Shown here: positions 17,314 through 24,996 of the stretch, piece by piece
How the letters are laid out: each line of letters starts with the position of its first letter
How positions within the stretch are numbered: the stretch's first letter is position 1
Assembly: GCA_008080745.1 (NCBI GenBank)
Contig: SHMX01000003.1
Span: 516,264 to 548,263, forward strand
Source of the DNA: Candidatus Thorarchaeota archaeon
Lineage (GTDB): Archaea; Asgardarchaeota; Thorarchaeia; Thorarchaeales; Thorarchaeaceae
DNA length: 32,000 nucleotides
Direction: 5' to 3'
Notes under the pieces: generated by a model
What the model saw: only the letters and a program-made list of their open reading frames with translations
Databases searched by the model: none
Told to the model about the DNA's origin: nothing
Program-made: the position numbers and the translations under genes

Positions 17314-18288
17314 ATGGCAGAGATTACATACAGAGAAGCCCTCAAAGCTGGACTTCGTGAAGAGATGGCACGCGATAAGACGGTATTTCTTATGGGCGAA
17401 GATATCGGCCTTAATTGGGGTGGAGCATTCAAGGTCACGAAAGGCCTCGCTGAGGAATTTGGTGAAGATAGAGTGCGAGACACTCCAATATCAGAGAACA
17501 CCATTGCAGGTGCCGCAGTAGGTGCCGCAATCACTGGACTCCGACCTGTCGCCGAGATCATGTTTGGAGACCTCATCACTCTGGCTATGGACCAAGTCTG
17601 TAATCAGGCGGCAAAGATGCGCTATATGTTCGGTGGTCAGACTTCAGTACCACTAGTCATCAGAACAGTCTTTGGTGGCGGAAAGAACATAGCATCCCAT
17701 CACTCCCAGAGTCTTGAATCATGGTTCATGCATACACCCGGTCTCAAGATAGCCGTTCCAGCATTCGCTTATGATGTGAAGGGACTCATCAAGACTGCTA
17801 TTCGAGACCCCGACCCGGTCATGTTCTTTGAGCACAAGCTTGTCTATGACAAGAAGGAAGAGGTTCCTGATGAAGACTACACCATTCCATTTGGAGAGGC
17901 TTCTGTCAAACGTGAAGGAGCAGATGTTACCATTTGGGGAACATTCCTCATGGTACACAAGGCGCTAGCAGTTGCAGAAGAACTTGCAAAAGAGGGAATC
18001 AGTGTTGAGGTCATCGACCCACGGACACTTGTCCCATTGGACAAGAAGACGTTGATTGAATCGGTCAAGAAGACTGGTCGATTGGTGCTTGTGACAGAGG
18101 AGACCAAGACAGGAGCTACAACCGCGGAGATTGCCGCAATCGTTCAGGAAGAGGCCTTTGACTGGTTAGACGCCCCTATCAAGCGAGTCAATGCTCCAGA
18201 TACCCCAGTTCCCTTTGCGCCGTCCCTTGAGGAATACTTTATTCCTGATGAGAAGAGAATTGCACAAGCAGTTCGCGATATTGTATAG
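17314..18288 (+). CDS. pdhB: 2-oxoacid (pyruvate/acetoin) dehydrogenase E1 beta subunit
   Basis: MGEDIG, RVRDTPISE, GLRPVAEIMFGD, HSQSLE, DPDPVMFFEHK, EVIDPRTLVPLD. Confidence 0.93.
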   Translation: MAEITYREALKAGLREEMARDKTVFLMGEDIGLNWGGAFKVTKGLAEEFGEDRVRDTPISENTIAGAAVGAAITGLRPVAEIMFGDLITLAMDQVCNQAAKMRYMFGGQTSVPLVIRTVFGGGKNIASHHSQSLESWFMHTPGLKIAVPAFAYDVKGLIKTAIRDPDPVMFFEHKLVYDKKEEVPDEDYTIPFGEASVKREGADVTIWGTFLMVHKALAVAEELAKEGISVEVIDPRTLVPLDKKTLIESVKKTGRLVLVTEETKTGATTAEIAAIVQEEAFDWLDAPIKRVNAPDTPVPFAPSLEEYFIPDEKRIAQAVRDIV

Positions 18289-18299
18289 GAGGCCACAGA

Positions 18300-19523
18300 A
18301 TGGTCACAACTATGATTATGCAACGAATGTCCGTTGCAATGGAATACGGTGTAATCCTCAAATGGATAAAGAAAGAGGGTGATAAGGTAAAGAAGGGAGA
18401 TCCCGTTGTGGAGATATTTGGTGAGAAGAACGAGTTCGAACTAGAGGCTCCTGAGGATGGTATCCTTCTCAAGATTTTGTGTGATGTCAACGACGAGATT
18501 CCAATCTCTGAACCCATCGCTATTATTGGAGAGAAGGGTGAAGACATCCCTGATGTCCGACCAAAGAAACTCAACAAGCCCGCAGAGGCCCTTGAGGCGG
18601 TAGCACCACCAACACCCCAGACAACTTCTGAGCCCGCAAAAGCCCCTACAGGTTCGTCACGCATGAAGGGAGGAAGAATCAAAGCTTCTCCGCGTGCAAA
18701 GAAACGAGCTGAGGAACTAGGTATCGACATAGGTCAGATATCTGGAACCGGTCCTGGTGGAAGAATCGTTGAGAAAGATGTGCTTGATTTCAAGGCCTCA
18801 GCCCCACGAGTGGCTGATACAACCGATGAGAGAAAGGTACGAAAGACCGAGACCATCTCACACCTGCGTCGTACCATCGCCAGAAGAATGAGTGGTAGCT
18901 GGGAGCACCCACATATCACCATGATTACAGAGATCGATATGACAGAGGTGATCGAGCTCCGAAAGGAGATCAACGCTCGAACTGAGCAGACATTGGGCAT
19001 CAGAGTTTCGTTCAATGACATCATTGTGAAGGCTGTCGCGGACACGCTGGAGAGATTCCCCAAGTTCAATGCCGCACTCATTGAGAACGATCTCATCATG
19101 TACGATGACATCCACATTGGCATTGCAGTGGCAGCAGATGATGGACTCCTTGTTCCTGTGGTCAAGAGTGCTAACAAAAAATCAATCACTGAGATTGCTC
19201 AAGAAACCAAAGCTCTTGGGAAAAAGGCACGAACTGGTGAATTGACCGCTGATGACCTAACTGGGGGTACTTTCACTATATCCAACCTGGGTCCTTTCCA
19301 AGTTGATCTGTTCATTCCAGTCATCAATCCACCCGAGACTGCGATTCTTGCACTCGGGCAGATAAAGAAGCAACCCGTTGTTGTGGATGACATGATTGCC
19401 ATCAGGTCGATGATGATGGCTAGCTGTGCTGTAGACCACCGAGTACTCGATGGAGCTCCAGCAGGACAGTTTCTGTCTGCTCTCAAGGACTATCTTGAGA
19501 ACCCCTATTTCATGAAAATCTAA
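18300..19523 (+). CDS. pdhC: Dihydrolipoamide acyltransferase E2 (one lipoyl domain, PSBD, catalytic domain)
   Basis: KWIKKEGDKV lipoyl domain, ASPRAKKRAEELGID..GTGPGGRI PSBD, GGTFTISNLG, PVINPPE, DHRVLDGA. Confidence 0.93.
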   Translation: MVTTMIMQRMSVAMEYGVILKWIKKEGDKVKKGDPVVEIFGEKNEFELEAPEDGILLKILCDVNDEIPISEPIAIIGEKGEDIPDVRPKKLNKPAEALEAVAPPTPQTTSEPAKAPTGSSRMKGGRIKASPRAKKRAEELGIDIGQISGTGPGGRIVEKDVLDFKASAPRVADTTDERKVRKTETISHLRRTIARRMSGSWEHPHITMITEIDMTEVIELRKEINARTEQTLGIRVSFNDIIVKAVADTLERFPKFNAALIENDLIMYDDIHIGIAVAADDGLLVPVVKSANKKSITEIAQETKALGKKARTGELTADDLTGGTFTISNLGPFQVDLFIPVINPPETAILALGQIKKQPVVVDDMIAIRSMMMASCAVDHRVLDGAPAGQFLSALKDYLENPYFMKI

Positions 19524-19526
19524 AAT

Positions 19527-19546
19527 TGGGACCCTTCGGGGTCTCA
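19527..19546 (+). terminator. Hairpin TGGGACCC-TTCG-GGGTCTCA with C(UUCG)G tetraloop after the E2 gene
   Basis: 8-bp stem (one G-U on plus strand) 3 bp after the stop. Confidence 0.65.
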
Positions 19547-19583
19547 TATAGCTTTATTCTACCTATGTACTATCACTTCTCAA

Positions 19584-20033
19584 CTATGAATATAGAGAGC
19601 AAAAATACTTGAAGTCCAAATATTCCCGAGTGGTAGCATTAACGAACTCTTCATAGAAAACAGTATCTCTACAGGTGAGAACCATTCCTGTGTCAGCTAC
19701 GATATATCTGAATGGTAATGGTGCCTCATTGAGTACCTGAATGTCTATAGGAAGCCTAACTTTTCCTTCCAGTTCCGCAGCAAATTTTATTGTATAATCG
19801 AATATATCCTGGTTAGTTGGTCTATTCAGATAGATTGCAATATCAATATCTCTGAAATCAGAATCGGTCTGAAAGCTACCATGGAGAATTGAAAAAATGA
19901 TTTCATTTCGTTCTTCAATGAGAAGTTTGAGGTCATCAATTAAGCTATCTTTTTCTTCTGAATTTAGATTATGATACTCAAAATCAACAGATATTGGGTT
20001 TTGTATCTTTGATTCTGATTTTTTTGGTTTCAT
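19584..20033 (-). CDS. mntA: Minimal nucleotidyltransferase (MntA-type antitoxin)
   Basis: SILHGSF....DFRDIDIAIY, PIDIQVLNEAPLPFRY. AT-rich. ATG at 20033. Confidence 0.88.
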   Translation of the reverse strand: MKPKKSESKIQNPISVDFEYHNLNSEEKDSLIDDLKLLIEERNEIIFSILHGSFQTDSDFRDIDIAIYLNRPTNQDIFDYTIKFAAELEGKVRLPIDIQVLNEAPLPFRYIVADTGMVLTCRDTVFYEEFVNATTREYLDFKYFCSLYS

Positions 20034-20039
20034 ATACAA

Positions 20040-20465
20040 TCACTCCACCCAAATAAATTCAATAATGTGCTCAATATAAGCGCGAAAGTCACTTATTCCG
20101 TCTTTTGTCGAGTTATAAACCAAAGTATCATCAATAGTCCAATATCTATGTACTAAGACATTTCTTAGTCGTCCCGCTGATGCTAGTTTTTGTCCTAAAT
20201 CCTCTGGGAAAATACCTTTTTTTGACAATCGTACAAAACAATCAGGATATCCAGTGGGTTTTTCTCGGAAACACTTCTTCATGAGATGTATACATATCCC
20301 AGCAGAAGATTCAACTAGTTGAATTAACAAATATCTCAATGCATAAAGACTAGTTTGAGTTTGTTCTGCGAATTCTTTTTCAAGAATCTTTTCTATTTCA
20401 TCAATCGAATCGTTGATGTTTCTTATTCTAGATTCAATGACATCAATCTCAATCTGGTCTTTCAT
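20040..20465 (-). CDS. hepT: HEPN/DUF86 RNase toxin (HepT type)
   Basis: LRNVLVHRY Rx4H motif followed by Tyr, YPDCFVRLSKKGIF. Start MKDQIE at 20465; the longer ORF-track start is unlikely. Confidence 0.88.
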   Translation of the reverse strand: MKDQIEIDVIESRIRNINDSIDEIEKILEKEFAEQTQTSLYALRYLLIQLVESSAGICIHLMKKCFREKPTGYPDCFVRLSKKGIFPEDLGQKLASAGRLRNVLVHRYWTIDDTLVYNSTKDGISDFRAYIEHIIEFIWVE

Positions 20466-20589
20466 TTGATAGGAATATGTTTCGTTATGCAATAAATCTG
20501 ATGTTGTTATGATGTCAGGTCTACCACAAATATGTGAGAGAAAATTTTGCATAATGATTAAGAACTTTGACACAGAATGAACAATAACG

Positions 20590-20898
20590 ATGAGATCAGG
20601 AACTTGTCCAAAATGTGGTAGTGGAAAGATTGCAGGACCTCATGGTACATTGACAGGTGAAGGCCGACTGAAATTAGATCTTCCAGGAGTCTATACCACA
20701 ACGCTGGTAGCACTAACATGCATAAATTGCGGATACACCGAATTTTACGCAGATGAAAAAGGTCTACAAAATCTCAGAAGAGATGGTAGAATGTATAGCA
20801 CGGATACTAGAGGAACACCTGATATGTGCGCTCGATGTGGCACAAGATTATCACCTGGGTCCGATATCTGTAGTGAATGTGGAAACGTAATTGATTGA
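20590..20898 (+). CDS. Zinc-ribbon protein with two Cys4 ribbons
   Basis: CPKCG...CINCGYTEFY plus CARCG....CSECG. Confidence 0.8.
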   Translation: MRSGTCPKCGSGKIAGPHGTLTGEGRLKLDLPGVYTTTLVALTCINCGYTEFYADEKGLQNLRRDGRMYSTDTRGTPDMCARCGTRLSPGSDICSECGNVID

Positions 20899-20908
20899 GT
20901 ATAGGTTG

Positions 20909-20947
20909 GAAAGAGAACAGGGAGACAACGAGGTCTCCTGTCCTTTC
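20909..20947. terminator. Imperfect stem-loop between convergent zinc-finger genes
   Basis: ACAGG(G)AGAC-AACGAG-GTCTCCTGT with GAAAG/CTTTC outer arms. Confidence 0.45.
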
Positions 20948-20952
20948 TATTC

Positions 20953-21138
20953 CTATTGTTTCAATACAGCGGCAAAACTGCCTTTTGGTTGATTCTTACC
21001 AAGTTCAGCAAGAGGATAGACCATTCCGCATCCATCACACTTGATGGCACTATAGACAATGGATTGTCCCATAACACGCAGCTCGTGAAGGACCATCTTC
21101 CATTTATCGCCATTACATTGTTCACAAGTCAGTTCCAT
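20953..21138 (-). CDS. Small zinc-ribbon protein (61 aa)
   Basis: MELTCEQCNG...AIKCDGCG. GGAGA RBS before ATG at 21138; TATA-like CTATATCA at about 21176-21183 (minus). Confidence 0.72.
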   Translation of the reverse strand: MELTCEQCNGDKWKMVLHELRVMGQSIVYSAIKCDGCGMVYPLAELGKNQPKGSFAAVLKQ

Positions 21139-21235
21139 AGTTATTCTCTCCAACCATCAAAGCCGCATGAAATATGATATAGCTTTGGGCAGAAGTTGTA
21201 GGAGCTTATATTGTGCAAGCCTCACAAAAATGTGG

Positions 21236-21419
21236 CACAGAAGCATTCTGTGATCATCAATCGAATACATGGAGTTTCGCTTTCCTCTAGCCACTTTTGC
21301 CTATACGAAACTCCCCCGTCGGTGACGAGTTGCCTCCCTCCCCTGGTCACCGGCGGCCATCTCCAAAAAATACTAAGGAGGAAATGTACTATTCTGGCCC
21401 TGCAGAATGAGGTGCACAG
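21236..21419 (+). promoter_or_regulatory. Putative long structured 5' leader of lplA with an 8-codon upstream ORF
   Basis: TATA-like CTTATATT at 21205; stems at 21236-21252, 21271-21314 and 21316-21356; AAGGAGG + ATG 21384 ... TGA 21410. Confidence 0.4.
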
Positions 21420-22220
21420 ATGACCTGGCGATTGGTGGAAAAATCAGGCGACGACATATTCGAGAATCTTGCCATCGAAGAGGCTATTGTCAGGTTGTGT
21501 GCTGAGAGCGATGACAAAATCAATACACTCCGGTTTTGGCGTGCCCCAAGAGCAGTTGTGTTGGGAAGATTCCAATGCCTCCATGAAGAGGTCAACATCG
21601 ATTACTGTCTTAGAAGTAACATAGATATCGCTCGGCGGTTTACGGGTGGGGGTACAGTCTATCACGATATGGGAAATCTCAACTTTGCAGTCTGTATGGA
21701 CCAGAGTGAACACTATGTGTCACGAACTCTTCAGGAGCTCTATTGGAATGTCATTGGAGCAATTACTCGTAAGTTGCAAGAGATTGGAATACCTGCAACG
21801 TTCGACTCTCAAAGAAACTGTATCAGGCTACATGGAAAGAAAATCACAGGGACTGCTGGATGGCTCAAGCAGGGCGTGTCCTTCATTCATGGAACTCTCC
21901 TAATTGATGCGGATTTAAAAACTCTGAAGACATGTCTGACCGTTCCACCAGACCAACCAAGATATCTCAGAGACAAGACCAGGGTACGGTGTAAGGGCAG
22001 TGCAAGGGATCGAGTCACCATCATTCGAGATGAAGTAGGAGAAAAACCTGATGATGATCAGATTACACGCGCTATCGTTCATGCGATTGAAGAGTTGTCC
22101 GAACAAAGGGTGGTAGAGGGTTCACTCACCAAAGAAGAAACAGAGCGGGCCAAGGACTTACTAGCGATTCGATATAGTAACCCCGAGTGGAATCGAGGTA
22201 CTAGAGTGGATGATATCTGA
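21420..22220 (+). CDS. lplA: Lipoate-protein ligase A, catalytic domain only
   Basis: NLAIEEA, LRFW....VVLGRFQ, RRFTGGGTVYHDMGNLNF, KKITG, HGTLL, YSNPEWN. Confidence 0.92.
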   Translation: MTWRLVEKSGDDIFENLAIEEAIVRLCAESDDKINTLRFWRAPRAVVLGRFQCLHEEVNIDYCLRSNIDIARRFTGGGTVYHDMGNLNFAVCMDQSEHYVSRTLQELYWNVIGAITRKLQEIGIPATFDSQRNCIRLHGKKITGTAGWLKQGVSFIHGTLLIDADLKTLKTCLTVPPDQPRYLRDKTRVRCKGSARDRVTIIRDEVGEKPDDDQITRAIVHAIEELSEQRVVEGSLTKEETERAKDLLAIRYSNPEWNRGTRVDDI

Positions 22221-22312
22221 GTTTTACACGAATGGTGATACCGCGCAGTCTTTATATCCTAAAAAGTGGGCGTGCACCATAGACGGGAACTAAACCCATA
22301 ACAAAGATTGGA

Positions 22313-22672
22313 ATGATACCCATGCCTGAAGATGTTGATGATATTCTAAAGAGTTTCCAGAGGCACTTTGGTGCACTCAATAGAGATATTCCGGAGACCC
22401 GAAACGCGTTTTCTGACCTACTTAAGACCGTACATAAAGACGGTGCGCTCCCAGCCAAGTTCAAAGAGATAATCTGTGTTGTCGCGTCGATACTAGCTCC
22501 CTGCGAGTCCTGTATGGTATACCACACTAAACAGGCACTACAAGCAGGTGCTACTCGTGACGAGATCATGGAGGCTTGTGCAGTGGCTATTGTGATGGGC
22601 GGCGGACCGGCTGCATCACATATTGCAACTGTCCAAGATTGCCTGAACAAATGGGCTCCTAGGAAGAAGTAA
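22313..22672 (+). CDS. Carboxymuconolactone decarboxylase family / AhpD-like protein with CxxC
   Basis: GALPAKFKEII, CESCMVYH, ALQAGATRDEIMEA, MGGGPA. Confidence 0.9.
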   Translation: MIPMPEDVDDILKSFQRHFGALNRDIPETRNAFSDLLKTVHKDGALPAKFKEIICVVASILAPCESCMVYHTKQALQAGATRDEIMEACAVAIVMGGGPAASHIATVQDCLNKWAPRKK

Positions 22673-23006
22673 AATCACGAACACATAGAAATTTCACAGG
22701 CTCAGAGCTCAGATTTCTAAACTGGTGCGGTTCGTTCCCAGCGATATGAATCACATCCCCTGAGCTCAGAGTCAGCTCCTTTTCTCCTACCGTCACTGTG
22801 ACTTCACCACGCATAATGTATACACCATGTTCATGAGGATGTATATCGTAGGAAGTATGTCCACCTGGAAGCATGATGTAAGTTCGCATGGCAAAACGTT
22901 GTGAGGAATTGTCTGGATTGATGAGACGCCTACGTAAAACGCCCTTGACACCATCTGCGTCATAGGATTCGTAGGCATCATCGTCTACATCTTGTGTGAG
23001 AAACAT
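22659..23006 (-). CDS. Cupin-domain protein
   Basis: PGGHTSYDIHPHEHGVYIMRG, GDVIHIAGNEPHQFRN. Confidence 0.9.
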   Translation of the reverse strand: MFLTQDVDDDAYESYDADGVKGVLRRRLINPDNSSQRFAMRTYIMLPGGHTSYDIHPHEHGVYIMRGEVTVTVGEKELTLSSGDVIHIAGNEPHQFRNLSSEPVKFLCVRDFTSS

Positions 23007-23020
23007 CGTGCATCAAATAC

Positions 23021-24070
23021 CTATTCGAACCGTGTGAAGAGTACTTTGATCGCTCTCTGTTGTTCCATCAATTCAAAGCCCTTCTCCCACTCATCGAGAG
23101 AGAGCCGGTGAGTTATCAGGGGTTCAAGATTCAGTTTACCCGAACCCATGAGCCGAAGAGTTGTGGCCCACGATGATGGTAGTGTACCCCATGTCCCAGT
23201 CATTGTCAACTCTTTCTCAATCATCAGGTCCAGATTGAGCTCGGTTGGTTTTCCTTGCACACCAAGCAAGGCCACGTGACCTGCAACTTTGACAAAATCA
23301 AGAGCCTGTCTCCTTGCTGGCCCAGCACCAGATGCCTCTATGACTACATCAGCTCCAAGACCGTCGGTCTCGTCCTTGACCGTCTGAACAGGGTCGCTGT
23401 CTTTCTGGATGTCAATGGTCAGATCCGCACCGGTCTTCATCGCAATGTCCATTCTCCATTGATCCGAACTCATGCCAGTAACTACGACCTTCCCAGCCCC
23501 CATCGCCTTTGCCACTTGTACAGACAATAGACCCATTGGACCAGGACCCTGTATCACCACTACATCTCCAACAGTAATGGGACTCATCTCTACGACTCCA
23601 TGAACAACACATGCCGTAGGTTCAGCAAGGGCAGCCTCATCCATAGGTACATCTTCTGGAACTTGATGAATGATATATTCAGGTGCGGTCAAGAATTTAG
23701 CAAATCCGCCGTTTGCAAGAGAGACACCCAGAATTCGCTTGTTCTTTGCAGTACAACGGTTCATGTGGCCAGTCTTACATTGATAGCATTGTCCACAATA
23801 AGCAGTAGCCGGAGAGACCACACGGTCACCCACTTGTACCTCAGATACATCAGAACCAGTCTCGATCACTACGCCAGAATATTCGTGTCCCAACACAACG
23901 GGAGGTGTATAAAATGAGTGGTCCTGTTTGATGTGCAGATCAGTTCCGCAGATTCCAGCAGCCTTGACCTCGATAAGTACCTCATTTCGGCCCGGTCGCG
24001 GCTCCTCTACTTCCCTGAGCTCGATGTTCCCAGCGCCGCGTTTGGTTTTTACTAGTCCCTTCAACAGCAA
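23021..24070 (-). CDS. Zn-dependent medium-chain alcohol/polyol dehydrogenase
   Basis: GICGTDLH, LGHEYSG, CGQCYQC......C structural Zn, EPTAC, GPGPMG, ITHRLSLDEW. Confidence 0.93.
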   Translation of the reverse strand: MLLKGLVKTKRGAGNIELREVEEPRPGRNEVLIEVKAAGICGTDLHIKQDHSFYTPPVVLGHEYSGVVIETGSDVSEVQVGDRVVSPATAYCGQCYQCKTGHMNRCTAKNKRILGVSLANGGFAKFLTAPEYIIHQVPEDVPMDEAALAEPTACVVHGVVEMSPITVGDVVVIQGPGPMGLLSVQVAKAMGAGKVVVTGMSSDQWRMDIAMKTGADLTIDIQKDSDPVQTVKDETDGLGADVVIEASGAGPARRQALDFVKVAGHVALLGVQGKPTELNLDLMIEKELTMTGTWGTLPSSWATTLRLMGSGKLNLEPLITHRLSLDEWEKGFELMEQQRAIKVLFTRFE

Positions 24071-24120
24071 GACCTCTATTGGCGTCGCTGTTACAGAGCT
24101 TATAGAATCTTGTGGCTAGT

Positions 24121-24402
24121 CTATGTTGTTTCATTCTGCAGAGAGTTTAGAAAGTTCTGATCCTCACTACCCTCATCAAGAGAATGGACACGGAAATGCA
24201 ATCCGTGTTGAGCACGAATCTTCTGTGCGGTTCTAGCCCCAACGAATCGTTTTCTTACTCCAGCACTACTACCCAACCAGAGATAGACGCTTCTAGAGTC
24301 CTCATCGACAACACAGTATACATTGTCAGAATTCAAGGTCTCTTGCCGAACATCCACCTCGACGGTTGTTCCGTCTTCCTTCATAATATATCCCTGAGCC
24401 AT
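24121..24402 (-). CDS. Single-domain gelsolin-family protein (Asgard 1DGel-like)
   Basis: LNSDNVYCVVDEDSRSVYLWLGSSAGVRKRFVGARTA and DEGSEDQNFLNSL match the gelsolin repeat consensus (L.s.d.f.ld....iy.W.G; eG.E...F). 93 aa from ATG 24402. Confidence 0.85.
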   Translation of the reverse strand: MAQGYIMKEDGTTVEVDVRQETLNSDNVYCVVDEDSRSVYLWLGSSAGVRKRFVGARTAQKIRAQHGLHFRVHSLDEGSEDQNFLNSLQNETT

Positions 24403-24461
24403 GATTTTCTCACACCTTACTTCACTATATACGTTAATACTCTTACAGTAATATACGCCAC

Positions 24462-24842
24462 TTAGACCGACTCGAATTTTGCACGAACTGTGGAACCACA
24501 ATAATTGCATCTTGCTTCAAGAGGACCTGTCCAATCGATGTCCTCCTGGGAGAGGGATGCATTGCACGATGGACATTTCTCAGGTAGACGAACCGTCCTG
24601 TAACTGGAACCATCACTTCGTGTACCCTGACGATATTGGTCTGGAATCGCAAAGGATGGAGCCCTCAGGGTGAAACTTCCTACAGCCTGAGAACCAGACT
24701 GGCATACCTTGATGAACACAATAGCAAAAATCACAATGACAAAAATCGGAATGATGATGAAGAATATCGACATGAATCCAAAAATCGAGTCGAACATGTT
24801 GAATGGATCAAACATATCAAATTGCACGGCAGGTGTCCTCAT
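24462..24842 (-). CDS. Single-pass membrane protein with C-terminal zinc ribbon
   Basis: Hydrophobic IFGFMSIFFIIIPIFVIVIFAIVFI; CPSC...CNYCG. Start MRTPA at 24842. Confidence 0.75.
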   Translation of the reverse strand: MRTPAVQFDMFDPFNMFDSIFGFMSIFFIIIPIFVIVIFAIVFIKVCQSGSQAVGSFTLRAPSFAIPDQYRQGTRSDGSSYRTVRLPEKCPSCNASLSQEDIDWTGPLEARCNYCGSTVRAKFESV

Positions 24843-24996
24843 CCCCTGTTTATCCCAAGGGCTTATTATCTTTGTCGAATTGCCATTTTGTTTTGATACT
24901 TCTAGTATTGAGGCTGAAAGATTCGTACTTGAAATTCTAATTACTAGTCTAACTAAAACCTCTCTGGAAGATATCATTAGACGGACTCAAGAACTC

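Noticed and set aside
20393-20405. 13-nt match (ATTGATGAAATAG) between an array 2 spacer (29597-29636) and the HEPN gene
   Set aside because: Flanks diverge at once; roughly one or two 13-mer matches are expected by chance for 53 spacers against this window.
21345-21365. GGAGATGGC (minus) resembling a fluoride riboswitch start; GGCGGCCAT (plus) resembling a 5S rRNA start
   Set aside because: The downstream pairing and conserved sequence of both families are missing.
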